Made by a program: the position numbers and the translations under genes. A stretch of 64,000 bases of DNA from Macrostomum lignano (taxonomy: Eukaryota), in contig NIVC01000258.1 in NCBI GenBank assembly GCA_002269645.1, positions 1 through 64,000 of the forward strand. Direction: 5' to 3'. Shown here in pieces: positions 23,101 to 35,100 of this stretch. Below the pieces are notes generated by a model, which searched no databases, had not been told where the DNA came from, and saw only the letters and a program-made list of their open reading frames with translations. How positions within the stretch are numbered: position 1 is the stretch's first letter; the number at the start of each line of letters is the position of its first letter.

Positions 23101-26100
23101 CTGTGTCTTCTGTCTCTCTAGCTGTGTCTCCTGTCTCTCCAGCTGTGTTTCATGTCTCTCTCACTGTGTCTCCTGTCTCTTTAGCTGTGTCTTCTGTCTC
23201 TCTAGCTGTGTCTCCTGTCTCTCCAGCTGTGTTTCATGTCTCTCTCACTGTGTCTCCTGTCTCTTTAGCTGTGTCTTCTGTCTCTCTAGCTGTGTCTCCT
23301 GTCTCTCCAGCTGTGTTTCATGTCTCTCTCACTGTGTCTCCTGTCTCTTTAGCTGTGTCTTCTGTCTCTCTAGCTGTGTCTCCTGTCTCTCCAGCTGTGT
23401 TTCATGTCTCTCTCACTGTGTCTCCTGTCTCTTTAGCTGTGTCTTCTGTCTCTCTAGCTGTGTCTCCTGTCTCTCCAGCTGTGTTTCATGTCTCTCTCAC
23501 TGTGTCTCCTGTCTCTTTAGCTGTGTCTTCTGTCTCTCTAGCTGTGTCTCCTGTCTCTCCAGCTGTGTTTCTGTCTCTCACTGTGTCTCTGTCTCTCAGC
23601 TGTGTCTCCTGTCTCTCTAGCTGTGTCTTCTGTCTCTCTAGCTGTGTCTCCTGTCTCTCCAGCTGTGTTTCATGTCTCTCTCACTGTGTCTCCTGTCTCT
23701 TTAGCTGTGTCTTCTGTCTCTCTAGCTGTGTCTCCTGTCTCTCCAGCTGTGTTTCATGTCTCTCTCACTGTGTCTCCTGTCTCTTTAGCTGTGTCTTCTG
23801 TCTCTCTAGCTGTGTCTCCTGTCTCTCCAGCTGTGTTTCATGTCTCTCTCACTGTGTCTCCTGTCTCTTTAGCTGTGTCTTCTGTCTCTCTAGCTGTGTC
23901 TCCTGTCTCTCCAGCTGTGTTTCATGTCTCTCTCACTGTGTCTCCTGTCTCTTTAGCTGTGTCTTCTGTCTCTCTAGCTGTGTCTCCTGTCTCTCCAGCT
24001 GTGTTTCATGTCTCTCTCACTGTGTCTCCTGTCTCTTTAGCTGTGTCTTCTGTCTCTCTAGCTGTGTCTCCTGTCTCTCCAGCTGTGTTTCATGTCTCTC
24101 TAGCTGTGTCTTCTGTCTCTCTAGCTGTGTCTCCTGTCTCTCCAGCTGTGTTTCATGTCTCTCTCACTGTGTCTCCTGTCTCTTTAGCTGTGTCTTCTGT
24201 CTCTCTAGCTGTGTCTCCTGTCTCTCCAGCTGTGTTTCATGTCTCTCTCACTGTGTCTCCTGTCTCTTTAGCTGTGTCTTCTGTCTCTCTAGCTGTGTCT
24301 CCTGTCTCTCCAGCTGTGTTTCTGTCTCTCTCACTGTGTCTCCTGTCTCTTTAGCTGTGTCTTCTGTCTCTCTAGCTGTGTCTCCTGTCTCTTAGCTGTG
24401 TTTCTGTCTCTCTACTGTGTCTCCTGTCTCTTTAGCTGTGTCTTCTGTCTCTCACTGTGTCTCCTGTCTCTTTAGCTGTGTCTTCTGTCTCTCTAGCTGT
24501 GTCTCCTGTCTCAGCTGTGTTTCTGTCTCTCTCACTGTGTCTCCTGTCTCTTTAGCTGTGTCTTCTGTCTCTCTAGCTGTGTCTCCTGTCTCTCAGCTGT
24601 GTTTCATGTCTCTCTCACTGTGTCTCCTGTCTCTTTAGCTGTGTCTTCTGTCTCTCTAGCTGTGTCTCCTGTCTCTCCAGCTGTGTTTCATGTCTCTCTC
24701 ACTGTGTCTCCTGTCTCTTTAGCTGTGTCTTCTGTCTCTCTAGCTGTGTCTCCTGTCTCTCCAGCTGTGTTTCATGTCTCTCTCACTGTGTCTCCTGTCT
24801 CTTTAGCTGTGTCTTCTGTCTCTCTAGCTGTGTCTCCTGTCTCTCCAGCTGTGTTTCATGTCTCTCTCACTGTGTCTCCTGTCTCTTTAGCTGTGTCTTC
24901 TGTCTCTCTAGCTGTGTCTCCTGTCTCTCCAGCTGTGTTTCATGTCTCTCTCACTGTGTCTCCTGTCTCTTTAGCTGTGTCTTCTGTCTCTCTAGCTGTG
25001 TCTCCTGTCTCTCCAGCTGTGTTTCATGTCTCTCTCACTGTGTCTCCTGTCTCTTTAGCTGTGTCTTCTGTCTCTCTAGCTGTGTCTCCTGTCTCTCCAG
25101 CTGTGTTTCATGTCTCTCTCACTGTGTCTCCTGTCTCTTTAGCTGTGTCTTCTGTCTCTCTAGCTGTGTCTCCTGTCTCTCCAGCTGTGTTTCATGTCTC
25201 TCTCACTGTGTCTCCTGTCTCTTTAGCTGTGTCTTCTGTCTCTCTAGCTGTGTCTCCTGTCTCTCCAGCTGTGTTTCATGTCTCTCTCACTGTGTCTCCT
25301 GTCTCTTTAGCTGTGTCTTCTGTCTCTCTAGCTGTGTCTCCTGTCTCTCCAGCTGTGTTTCATGTCTCTCTCACTGTGTCTCTGTCTCTCAGCTGTGTCT
25401 CCTGTCTCTTAGCTGTGTCTTCTGTCTCTCTAGCTGTGTCTCCTGTCTCTCCAGCTGTGTTTCATGTCTCTCTCACTGTGTCTCCTGTCTCTTTAGCTGT
25501 GTCTTCTGTCTCTCTAGCTGTGTCTCCTGTCTCTCCAGCTGTGTTTCATGTCTCTCTCACTGTGTCTCCTGTCTCTTTAGCTGTGTCTTCTGTCTCTCTA
25601 GCTGTGTCTCCTGTCTCTCCAGCTGTGTTTCATGTCTCTCTCACTGTGTCTCCTGTCTCTTTAGCTGTGTCTTCTGTCTCTCTAGCTGTGTCTCCTGTCT
25701 CTCCAGCTGTGTTTCATGTCTCTCTCACTGTGTCTCCTGTCTCTTTAGCTGTGTCTTCTGTCTCTCTAGCTGTGTCTCCTGTCTCTCCAGCTGTGTTTCA
25801 TGTCTCTCTCACTGTGTCTCCTGTCTCTTTAGCTGTGTCTTCTGTCTCTCTAGCTGTGTCTCCTGTCTCTCCAGCTGTGTTTCATGTCTCTCTCACTGTG
25901 TCTCCTGTCTCTTTAGCTGTGTCTTCTGTCTCTCTAGCTGTGTCTCCTGTCTCTCCAGCTGTGTTTCATGTCTCTCTCACTGTGTCTCCTGTCTCTTTAG
26001 CTGTGTCTTCTGTCTCTCTAGCTGTGTCTCCTGTCTCTCCAGCTGTGTTTCATGTCTCTCTCACTGTGTCTCCTGTCTCTTTAGCTGTGTCTTCTGTCTC

Positions 26101-29100
26101 TTAGCTGTGTCTCTGTCTCTAGCTGTGTCTCCTGTCTCTCCAGCTGTGTTTCATGTCTCTCTCACTGTGTCTCCTGTCTCTTTAGCTGTGTCTTCTGTCT
26201 CTCTAGCTGTGTCTCCTGTCTCTCCAGCTGTGTTTCATGTCTCTCTCACTGTGTCTCCTGTCTCTTTAGCTGTGTCTTCTGTCTCTCTAGCTGTGTCTCC
26301 TGTCTCTCCAGCTGTGTTTCATGTCTCTCTCACTGTGTCTCCTGTCTCTTTAGCTGTGTCTTCTGTCTCTCTAGCTGTGTCTCCTGTCTCTCCAGCTGTG
26401 TTTCATGTCTCTCTCACTGTGTCTCCTGTCTCTTTAGCTGTGTCTTCTGTCTCTCTAGCTGTGTCTCCTGTCTCTCCAGCTGTGTTTCATGTCTCTCTCA
26501 CTGTGTCTCCTGTCTCTTTAGCTGTGTCTTCTGTCTCTCTAGCTGTGTCTCCTGTCTCTCTAGCTGTGTCTTCTGTCTCTCTAGCTGTGTCTCCTGTCTC
26601 TCCAGCTGTGTTTCTGTCTCTCTCACTGTGTCTCCTGTCTCTTTAGCTGTGTCTTCTGTCTCTCTAGCTGTGTCTCCTGTCTCTCCAGCTGTGTCTGTCT
26701 CTCTCACTGTGTCTCCTGTCTCTTTAGCTGTGTCTTCTGTCTCTCTAGCTGTGTCTCCTGTCTCTCCAGCTGTGTCTTCTGTCTCTCTAGCTGTGTCTCC
26801 TGTCTCTCCAGCTGTGTTTCATGTCTCTCTCACTGTGTCTCCTGTCTCTTTAGCTGTGTCTTCTGTCTCTCTAGCTGTGTCTCCTGTCTCTCCAGCTGTG
26901 TTTCATGTCTCTCTCACTGTGTCTCCTGTCTCTTTAGCTGTGTCTTCTGTCTCTCTAGCTGTGTCTCCTGTCTCTCCAGCTGTGTTTCATGTCTCTCTCA
27001 CTGTGTCTCCTGTCTCTTTAGCTGTGTCTTCTGTCTCTCTAGCTGTGTCTCCTGTCTCTCCAGCTGTGTTTCATGTCTCTCTCACTGTGTCTCCTGTCTC
27101 TTTAGCTGTGTCTTCTGTCTCTCTAGCTGTGTCTCCTGTCTCTCCAGCTGTGTTTCATGTCTCTCTCACTGTGTCTCCTGTCTCTTTAGCTGTGTCTTCT
27201 GTCTCTCTAGCTGTGTCTCCTGTCTCTCCAGCTGTGTTTCATGTCTCTCTCACTGTGTCTCCTGTCTCTTTAGCTGTGTCTTCTGTCTCTCTAGCTGTGT
27301 CTCCTGTCTCTCCAGCTGTGTTTCATGTCTCTCTCACTGTGTCTCCTGTCTCTTTAGCTGTGTCTTCTGTCTCTCTAGCTGTGTCTCCTGTCTCTCCAGC
27401 TGTGTTTCATGTCTCTCTCACTGTGTCTCCTGTCTCTTTAGCTGTGTCTTCTGTCTCTCTAGCTGTGTCTCCTGTCTCTCCAGCTGTGTTTCATGTCTCT
27501 CTCACTGTGTCTCCTGTCTCTTTAGCTGTGTCTTCTGTCTCTCTAGCTGTGTCTCCTGTCTCTCCAGCTGTGTTTCATGTCTCTCTCACTGTGTCTCCTG
27601 TCTCTTTAGCTGTGTCTTCTGTCTCTCTAGCTGTGTCTCCTGTCTCTCCAGCTGTGTTTCATGTCTCTCTCACTGTGTCTCCTGTCTCTTTAGCTGTGTC
27701 TTCTGTCTCTCTAGCTGTGTCTCCTGTCTCTCAGCTGTGTTTCTGTCTCTCAGCTGTGTTTCTGTCTCTCACTGTGTCTCCTGTCTCTTTAGCTGTGTCT
27801 TCTGTCTCTCTAGCTGTGTCTCCTGTCTCTCCAGCTGTGTTTCATGTCTCTCTCACTGTGTCTCCTGTCTCTTTAGCTGTGTCTTCTGTCTCTCTAGCTG
27901 TGTCTCCTGTCTCTCCAGCTGTGTTTCATGTCTCTCTCACTGTGTCTCCTGTCTCTTTAGCTGTGTCTTCTGTCTCTCTAGCTGTGTCTCCTGTCTCTCC
28001 AGCTGTGTTTCATGTCTCTCTCACTGTGTCTCCTGTCTCTTTAGCTGTGTCTTCTGTCTCTCTAGCTGTGTCTCCTGTCTCTCCAGCTGTGTTTCATGTC
28101 TCTCTCACTGTGTCTCCTGTCTCTTTAGCTGTGTCTTCTGTCTCTCTAGCTGTGTCTCCTGTCTCTCCAGCTGTGTTTCATGTCTCTCTCACTGTGTCTC
28201 CTGTCTCTTTAGCTGTGTCTTCTGTCTCTCTAGCTGTGTCTCCTGTCTCTCCAGCTGTGTTTCATGTCTCTCTCACTGTGTCTCCTGTCTCTTTAGCTGT
28301 GTCTTCTGTCTCTCTAGCTGTGTCTCCTGTCTCTCCAGCTGTGTTTCATGTCTCTCTCACTGTGTCTCCTGTCTCTTTAGCTGTGTCTCTGTCTCTTTAG
28401 CTGTGTCTTCTGTCTCTCTAGCTGTGTCTCCTGTCTCTCCAGCTGTGTTTCATGTCTCTCTCACTGTGTCTCCTGTCTCTTTAGCTGTGTCTTCTGTCTC
28501 TCTAGCTGTGTCTCCTGTCTCTCCAGCTGTGTTTCATGTCTCTCTCACTGTGTCTCCTGTCTCTTTAGCTGTGTCTTCTGTCTCTCTAGCTGTGTCTCCT
28601 GTCTCTCCAGCTGTGTTTCATGTCTCTCTCACTGTGTCTCTGTCTCCTCCTGTCTCTTTAGCTGTGTCTTCTGTCTCTCTAGCTGTGTCTCCTGTCTCTC
28701 CAGCTGTGTTTCATGTCTCTCTCACTGTGTCTCCTGTCTCTTTAGCTGTGTCTTCTGTCTCTCTAGCTGTGTCTCCTGTCTCTCCAGCTGTGTTTCATGT
28801 CTCTCTCACTGTGTCTCCTGTCTCTTTAGCTGTGTCTTCTGTCTCTCTAGCTGTGTCTCCTGTCTCTCCAGCTGTGTTTCATGTCTCTCTCACTGTGTCT
28901 CCTGTCTCTTTAGCTGTGTCTTCTGTCTCTCTAGCTGTGTCTCCTGTCTCTCCAGCTGTGTTTCATGTCTCTCTCACTGTGTCTCCTGTCTCTTTAGCTG
29001 TGTCTTCTGTCTCTCTAGCTGTGTCTCCTGTCTCTCTAGCTGTGTCTTCTGTCTCTCTAGCTGTGTCTCCTGTCTCTCCAGCTGTGTTTCTGTCTCTCAC

Positions 29101-32100
29101 TGTGTCTCCTGTCTCTTTAGCTGTGTCTTCTGTCTCTCTAGCTGTGTCTCCTGTCTCTCCAGCTGTGTTTCTGTCTCTCTCACTGTGTCTCCTGTCTCTT
29201 TAGCTGTGTCTTCTGTCTCTCTAGCTGTGTCTCCTGTCTCTCCAGCTGTGTTCTGTCTCTCTCACTGTGTCTCCTGTCTCTTTAGCTGTGTCTCTGTCTC
29301 TCTAGCTGTGTCTCCTGTCTCTCCAGCTGCGTCTCCTGTCTCTCTAGCTGCGTCTCCTGTCTCTCCAGCTGTGTTTCATGTCTCTCTCACTGTGTCTCCT
29401 GTCTCTTTAGCTGTGTCTTCTGTCTCTCTAGCTGTGTCTCCTGTCTCTCCAGCTGTGTTTCATGTCTCTCTCACTGTGTCTCCTGTCTCTTTAGCTGTGT
29501 CTTCTGTCTCTCTAGCTGTGTCTCCTGTCTCTCCAGCTGTGTTTCATGTCTCTCTCACTGTGTCTCCTGTCTCTTTAGCTGTGTCTTCTGTCTCTCTAGC
29601 TGTGTCTCCTGTCTCTCTAGCTGTGTCTCTGTCTCTCCAGCTGTGTTTCATGTCTCTCTCACTGTGTCTCCTGTCTCTTTAGCTGTGTCTTCTGTCTCTC
29701 TAGCTGTGTCTCCTGTCTCTCCAGCTGTGTTTCATGTCTCTCTCACTGTGTCTCCTGTCTCTTTAGCTGTGTCTTCTGTCTCTCTAGCTGTGTCTCCTGT
29801 CTCTCCAGCTGTGTTTCATGTCTCTCTCACTGTGTCTCCTGTCTCTTTAGCTGTGTCTTCTGTCTCTCTAGCTGTGTCTCCTGTCTCTCCAGCTGTGTTT
29901 CATGTCTCTCTCACTGTGTCTCCTGTCTCTTTAGCTGTGTCTTCTGTCTCTCTAGCTGTGTCTCCTGTCTCTCCAGCTGTGTTTCATGTCTCTCTCACTG
30001 TGTCTCCTGTCTCTTTAGCTGTGTCTTCTGTCTCTCTAGCTGTGTCTCCTGTCTCTCCAGCTGTGTTTCATGTCTCTCTCACTGTGTCTCCTGTCTCTTT
30101 AGCTGTGTCTTCTGTCTCTCTAGCTGTGTCTCCTGTCTCTCCAGCTGTGTTTCATGTCTCTCTCACTGTGTCTCCTGTCTCTTTAGCTGTGTCTTCTGTC
30201 TCTCTAGCTGTGTCTCCTGTCTCTCTAGCTGTGTCTCTGTCTCTCAGCTGTGTCTTCTGTCTCTCACTGTGTCTCCTGTCTCTTTAGCTGTGTCTTCTGT
30301 CTCTCTAGCTGTGTCTCCTGTCTCTCCAGCTGTGTTTCATGTCTCTCTCACTGTGTCTCCTGTCTCTTTAGCTGTGTCTTCTGTCTCTCTAGCTGTGTCT
30401 CCTGTCTCTCCAGCTGTGTTTCATGTCTCTCTCACTGTGTCTCCTGTCTCTTTAGCTGTGTCTTCTGTCTCTCTAGCTGTGTCTCCTGTCTCTCCAGCTG
30501 TGTTTCATGTCTCTCTCACTGTGTCTCCTGTCTCTTTAGCTGTGTCTTCTGTCTCTCTAGCTGTGTCTCCTGTCTCTCCAGCTGTGTTTCATGTCTCTCT
30601 CACTGTGTCTCCTGTCTCTTTAGCTGTGTCTTCTGTCTCTCTAGCTGTGTCTCCTGTCTCTCCAGCTGTGTTTCATGTCTCTCTCACTGTGTCTCCTGTC
30701 TCTTTAGCTGTGTCTTCTGTCTCTCTAGCTGTGTCTCCTGTCTCTCCAGCTGTGTTTCATGTCTCTCTCACTGTGTCTCCTGTCTCTTTAGCTGTGTCTT
30801 CTGTCTCTCTAGCTGTGTCTCCTGTCTCTCCAGCTGTGTTTCATGTCTCTCTCACTGTGTCTCCTGTCTCTTTAGCTGTGTCTTCTGTCTCTCTAGCTGT
30901 GTCTCCTGTCTCTCAGCTGTGTTTCATGTCTCTCTCACTGTGTCTCCTGTCTCTTTAGCTGTGTCTCTGTCTCTTAGCTGTGTCTTCTGTCTCTCTAGCT
31001 GTGTCTCCTGTCTCTCCAGCTGTGTTTCATGTCTCTCTCACTGTGTCTCCTGTCTCTTTAGCTGTGTCTTCTGTCTCTCTAGCTGTGTCTCCTGTCTCTC
31101 CAGCTGTGTTTCATGTCTCTCTCACTGTGTCTCCTGTCTCTTTAGCTGTGTCTTCTGTCTCTCTAGCTGTGTCTCCTGTCTCTCCAGCTGTGTTTCATGT
31201 CTCTCTCACTGTGTCTCCTGTCTCTTTAGCTGTGTCTTCTGTCTCTCTAGCTGTGTCTCCTGTCTCTCCAGCTGTGTTTCATGTCTCTCTCACTGTGTCT
31301 CCTGTCTCTTTAGCTGTGTCTTCTGTCTCTCTAGCTGTGTCTCCTGTCTCTCAGCTGTGTCTTCTGTCTCTCAGCTGTGTTTCTGTCTCCTGTGTCTCCT
31401 GTCTCTTAGCTGTGTCTTCTGTCTCTCTAGCTGTGTCTCCTGTCTCTCCAGCTGTGTTTCATGTCTCTCTCACTGTGTCTCCTGTCTCTTTAGCTGTGTC
31501 TTCTGTCTCTCTAGCTGTGTCTCCTGTCTCTCCAGCTGTGTTTCATGTCTCTCTCACTGTGTCTCCTGTCTCTTTAGCTGTGTCTTCTGTCTCTCTAGCT
31601 GTGTCTCCTGTCTCTCCAGCTGTGTTTCATGTCTCTCTCACTGTGTCTCCTGTCTCTTTAGCTGTGTCTTCTGTCTCTCTAGCTGTGTCTCCTGTCTCTC
31701 CAGCTGTGTTTCATGTCTCTCTCACTGTGTCTCCTGTCTCTTTAGCTGTGTCTTCTGTCTCTCTAGCTGTGTCTCCTGTCTCTCCAGCTGTGTTTCATGT
31801 CTCTCTCACTGTGTCTCCTGTCTCTTTAGCTGTGTCTTCTGTCTCTCTAGCTGTGTCTCCTGTCTCTCCAGCTGTGTTTCATGTCTCTCTCACTGTGTCT
31901 CCTGTCTCTTTAGCTGTGTCTTCTGTCTCTCTAGCTGTGTCTCCTGTCTCTCCAGCTGTGTTTCATGTCTCTCTCACTGTGTCTCTGTCTCTTTACTGTG
32001 TCTCCTGTCTCTTTAGCTGTGTCTTCTGTCTCTCTAGCTGTGTCTCCTGTCTCTCCAGCTGTGTTTCATGTCTCTCTCACTGTGTCTCCTGTCTCTTTAG

Positions 32101-35100
32101 CTGTGTCTTCTGTCTCTCTAGCTGTGTCTCCTGTCTCTCCAGCTGTGTTTCATGTCTCTCTCACTGTGTCTCCTGTCTCTTTAGCTGTGTCTTCTGTCTC
32201 TCTAGCTGTGTCTCCTGTCTCTCCAGCTGTGTTTCATGTCTCTCTCACTGTGTCTCCTGTCTCTTTAGCTGTGTCTTCTGTCTCTCTAGCTGTGTCTCCT
32301 GTCTCTCAGCTGTGTTTCTGTCTCTCTCACTGTGTCTCCTGTCTCTAGCTGTGTCTTCTGTCTCTCTACTGTGTCTCCTGTCTCTTAGCTGTGTCTTCTG
32401 TCTCTCTAGCTGTGTCTCCTGTCTCTCCAGCTGTGTTTCATGTCTCTCTCACTGTGTCTCCTGTCTCTTTAGCTGTGTCTTCTGTCTCTCTAGCTGTGTC
32501 TCCTGTCTCTCCAGCTGTGTTTCATGTCTCTCTCACTGTGTCTCCTGTCTCTTTAGCTGTGTCTTCTGTCTCTCTAGCTGTGTCTCCTGTCTCTCCAGCT
32601 GTGTTTCATGTCTCTCTCACTGTGTCTCCTGTCTCTTTAGCTGTGTCTTCTGTCTCTCTAGCTGTGTCTCCTGTCTCTCCAGCTGTGTTTCATGTCTCTC
32701 TCACTGTGTCTCCTGTCTCTTTAGCTGTGTCTTCTGTCTCTCTAGCTGTGTCTCCTGTCTCTCCAGCTGTGTTTCATGTCTCTCTCACTGTGTCTCCTGT
32801 CTCTTTAGCTGTGTCTTCTGTCTCTCTAGCTGTGTCTCCTGTCTCTCCAGCTGTGTTTCATGTCTCTCTCACTGTGTCTCCTGTCTCTTTAGCTGTGTCT
32901 TCTGTCTCTCTAGCTGTGTCTCCTGTCTCTCCAGCTGTGTTTCATGTCTCTCTCACTGTGTCTCCTGTCTCTTTAGCTGTGTCTTCTGTCTCTCTAGCTG
33001 TGTCTCCTGTCTCTCCAGCTGTGTTTCATGTCTCTCTCACTGTGTCTCCTGTCTCTTTAGCTGTGTCTTCTGTCTCTCTAGCTGTGTCTCCTGTCTCTCC
33101 AGCTGTGTTTCATGTCTCTCTCACTGTGTCTCCTGTCTCTTTAGCTGTGTCTTCTGTCTCTCTAGCTGTGTCTCCTGTCTCTCCAGCTGTGTTTCATGTC
33201 TCTCTCACTGTGTCTCCTGTCTCTTTAGCTGTGTCTTCTGTCTCTCTAGCTGTGTCTCCTGTCTCTCTAGCTGTGTCTCTGTCTCTCAGCTGTGTTTCTG
33301 TCTCTCAGCTGTGTCTCCTGTCTCTTTAGCTGTGTCTTCTGTCTCTCTAGCTGTGTCTCCTGTCTCTCCAGCTGTGTTTCATGTCTCTCTCACTGTGTCT
33401 CCTGTCTCTTTAGCTGTGTCTTCTGTCTCTCTAGCTGTGTCTCCTGTCTCTCCAGCTGTGTTTCATGTCTCTCTCACTGTGTCTCCTGTCTCTTTAGCTG
33501 TGTCTTCTGTCTCTCTAGCTGTGTCTCCTGTCTCTCCAGCTGTGTTTCATGTCTCTCTCACTGTGTCTCCTGTCTCTTTAGCTGTGTCTTCTGTCTCTCT
33601 AGCTGTGTCTCCTGTCTCTCCAGCTGTGTTTCATGTCTCTCTCACTGTGTCTCCTGTCTCTTTAGCTGTGTCTTCTGTCTCTCTAGCTGTGTCTCCTGTC
33701 TCTCCAGCTGTGTTTCATGTCTCTCTCACTGTGTCTCCTGTCTCTTTAGCTGTGTCTTCTGTCTCTCTAGCTGTGTCTCCTGTCTCTCCAGCTGTGTTTC
33801 ATGTCTCTCTCACTGTGTCTCCTGTCTCTTTAGCTGTGTCTTCTGTCTCTCTAGCTGTGTCTCCTGTCTCTAGCTGTGTTTCATGTCTCTCTCAGCTGTG
33901 TCTCTGTCTCTTAGCTGTGTCTCCTGTCTCTTAGCTGTGTCTTCTGTCTCTCTAGCTGTGTCTCCTGTCTCTCCAGCTGTGTTTCATGTCTCTCTCACTG
34001 TGTCTCCTGTCTCTTTAGCTGTGTCTTCTGTCTCTCTAGCTGTGTCTCCTGTCTCTCCAGCTGTGTTTCATGTCTCTCTCACTGTGTCTCCTGTCTCTTT
34101 AGCTGTGTCTTCTGTCTCTCTAGCTGTGTCTCCTGTCTCTCCAGCTGTGTTTCTGTCTCTCTAGCTGTGTCTCCTGTCTCTAGCTGTGTCTTCTGTCTCT
34201 CTACTGTGTCTCCTGTCTCTTAGCTGTGTCTTCTGTCTCTCTAGCTGTGTCTCCTGTCTCTAGCTGTGTTTCATGTCTCTCTCACTGTGTCTCCTGTCTC
34301 TTTAGCTGTGTCTTCTGTCTCTCTAGCTGTGTCTCCTGTCTCTCCAGCTGTGTTTCATGTCTCTCTCACTGTGTCTCCTGTCTCTTTAGCTGTGTCTTCT
34401 GTCTCTCTAGCTGTGTCTCCTGTCTCTCCAGCTGTGTTTCATGTCTCTCTCACTGTGTCTCCTGTCTCTTTAGCTGTGTCTTCTGTCTCTCTAGCTGTGT
34501 CTCCTGTCTCTCCAGCTGTGTTTCATGTCTCTCTCACTGTGTCTCCTGTCTCTTTAGCTGTGTCTTCTGTCTCTCTAGCTGTGTCTCCTGTCTCTCCAGC
34601 TGTGTTTCATGTCTCTCTCACTGTGTCTCCTGTCTCTTTAGCTGTGTCTTCTGTCTCTCTAGCTGTGTCTCCTGTCTCTCCAGCTGTGTTTCATGTCTCT
34701 CTCACTGTGTCTCCTGTCTCTTTAGCTGTGTCTCCTGTCTCTTTAGCTGTGTCTTCTGTCTCTCTAGCTGTGTCTCCTGTCTCTCCAGCTGTGTTTCATG
34801 TCTCTCTCACTGTGTCTCCTGTCTCTTTAGCTGTGTCTTCTGTCTCTCTAGCTGTGTCTCCTGTCTCTCCAGCTGTGTTTCATGTCTCTCTCACTGTGTC
34901 TCCTGTCTCTTTAGCTGTGTCTTCTGTCTCTCTAGCTGTGTCTCCTGTCTCTCTAGCTGTGTTTCTGTCTCTCTAGCTGTGTCTCCTGTCTCTTTAGCTG
35001 TGTTTCATGTCTCTCTCACTGTGTCTCCTGTCTCTCCAGCTGTGTTTCATGTCTCTCTCACTGTGTCTCCTGTCTCTTTAGCTGTGTCTTCTGTCTCTCT

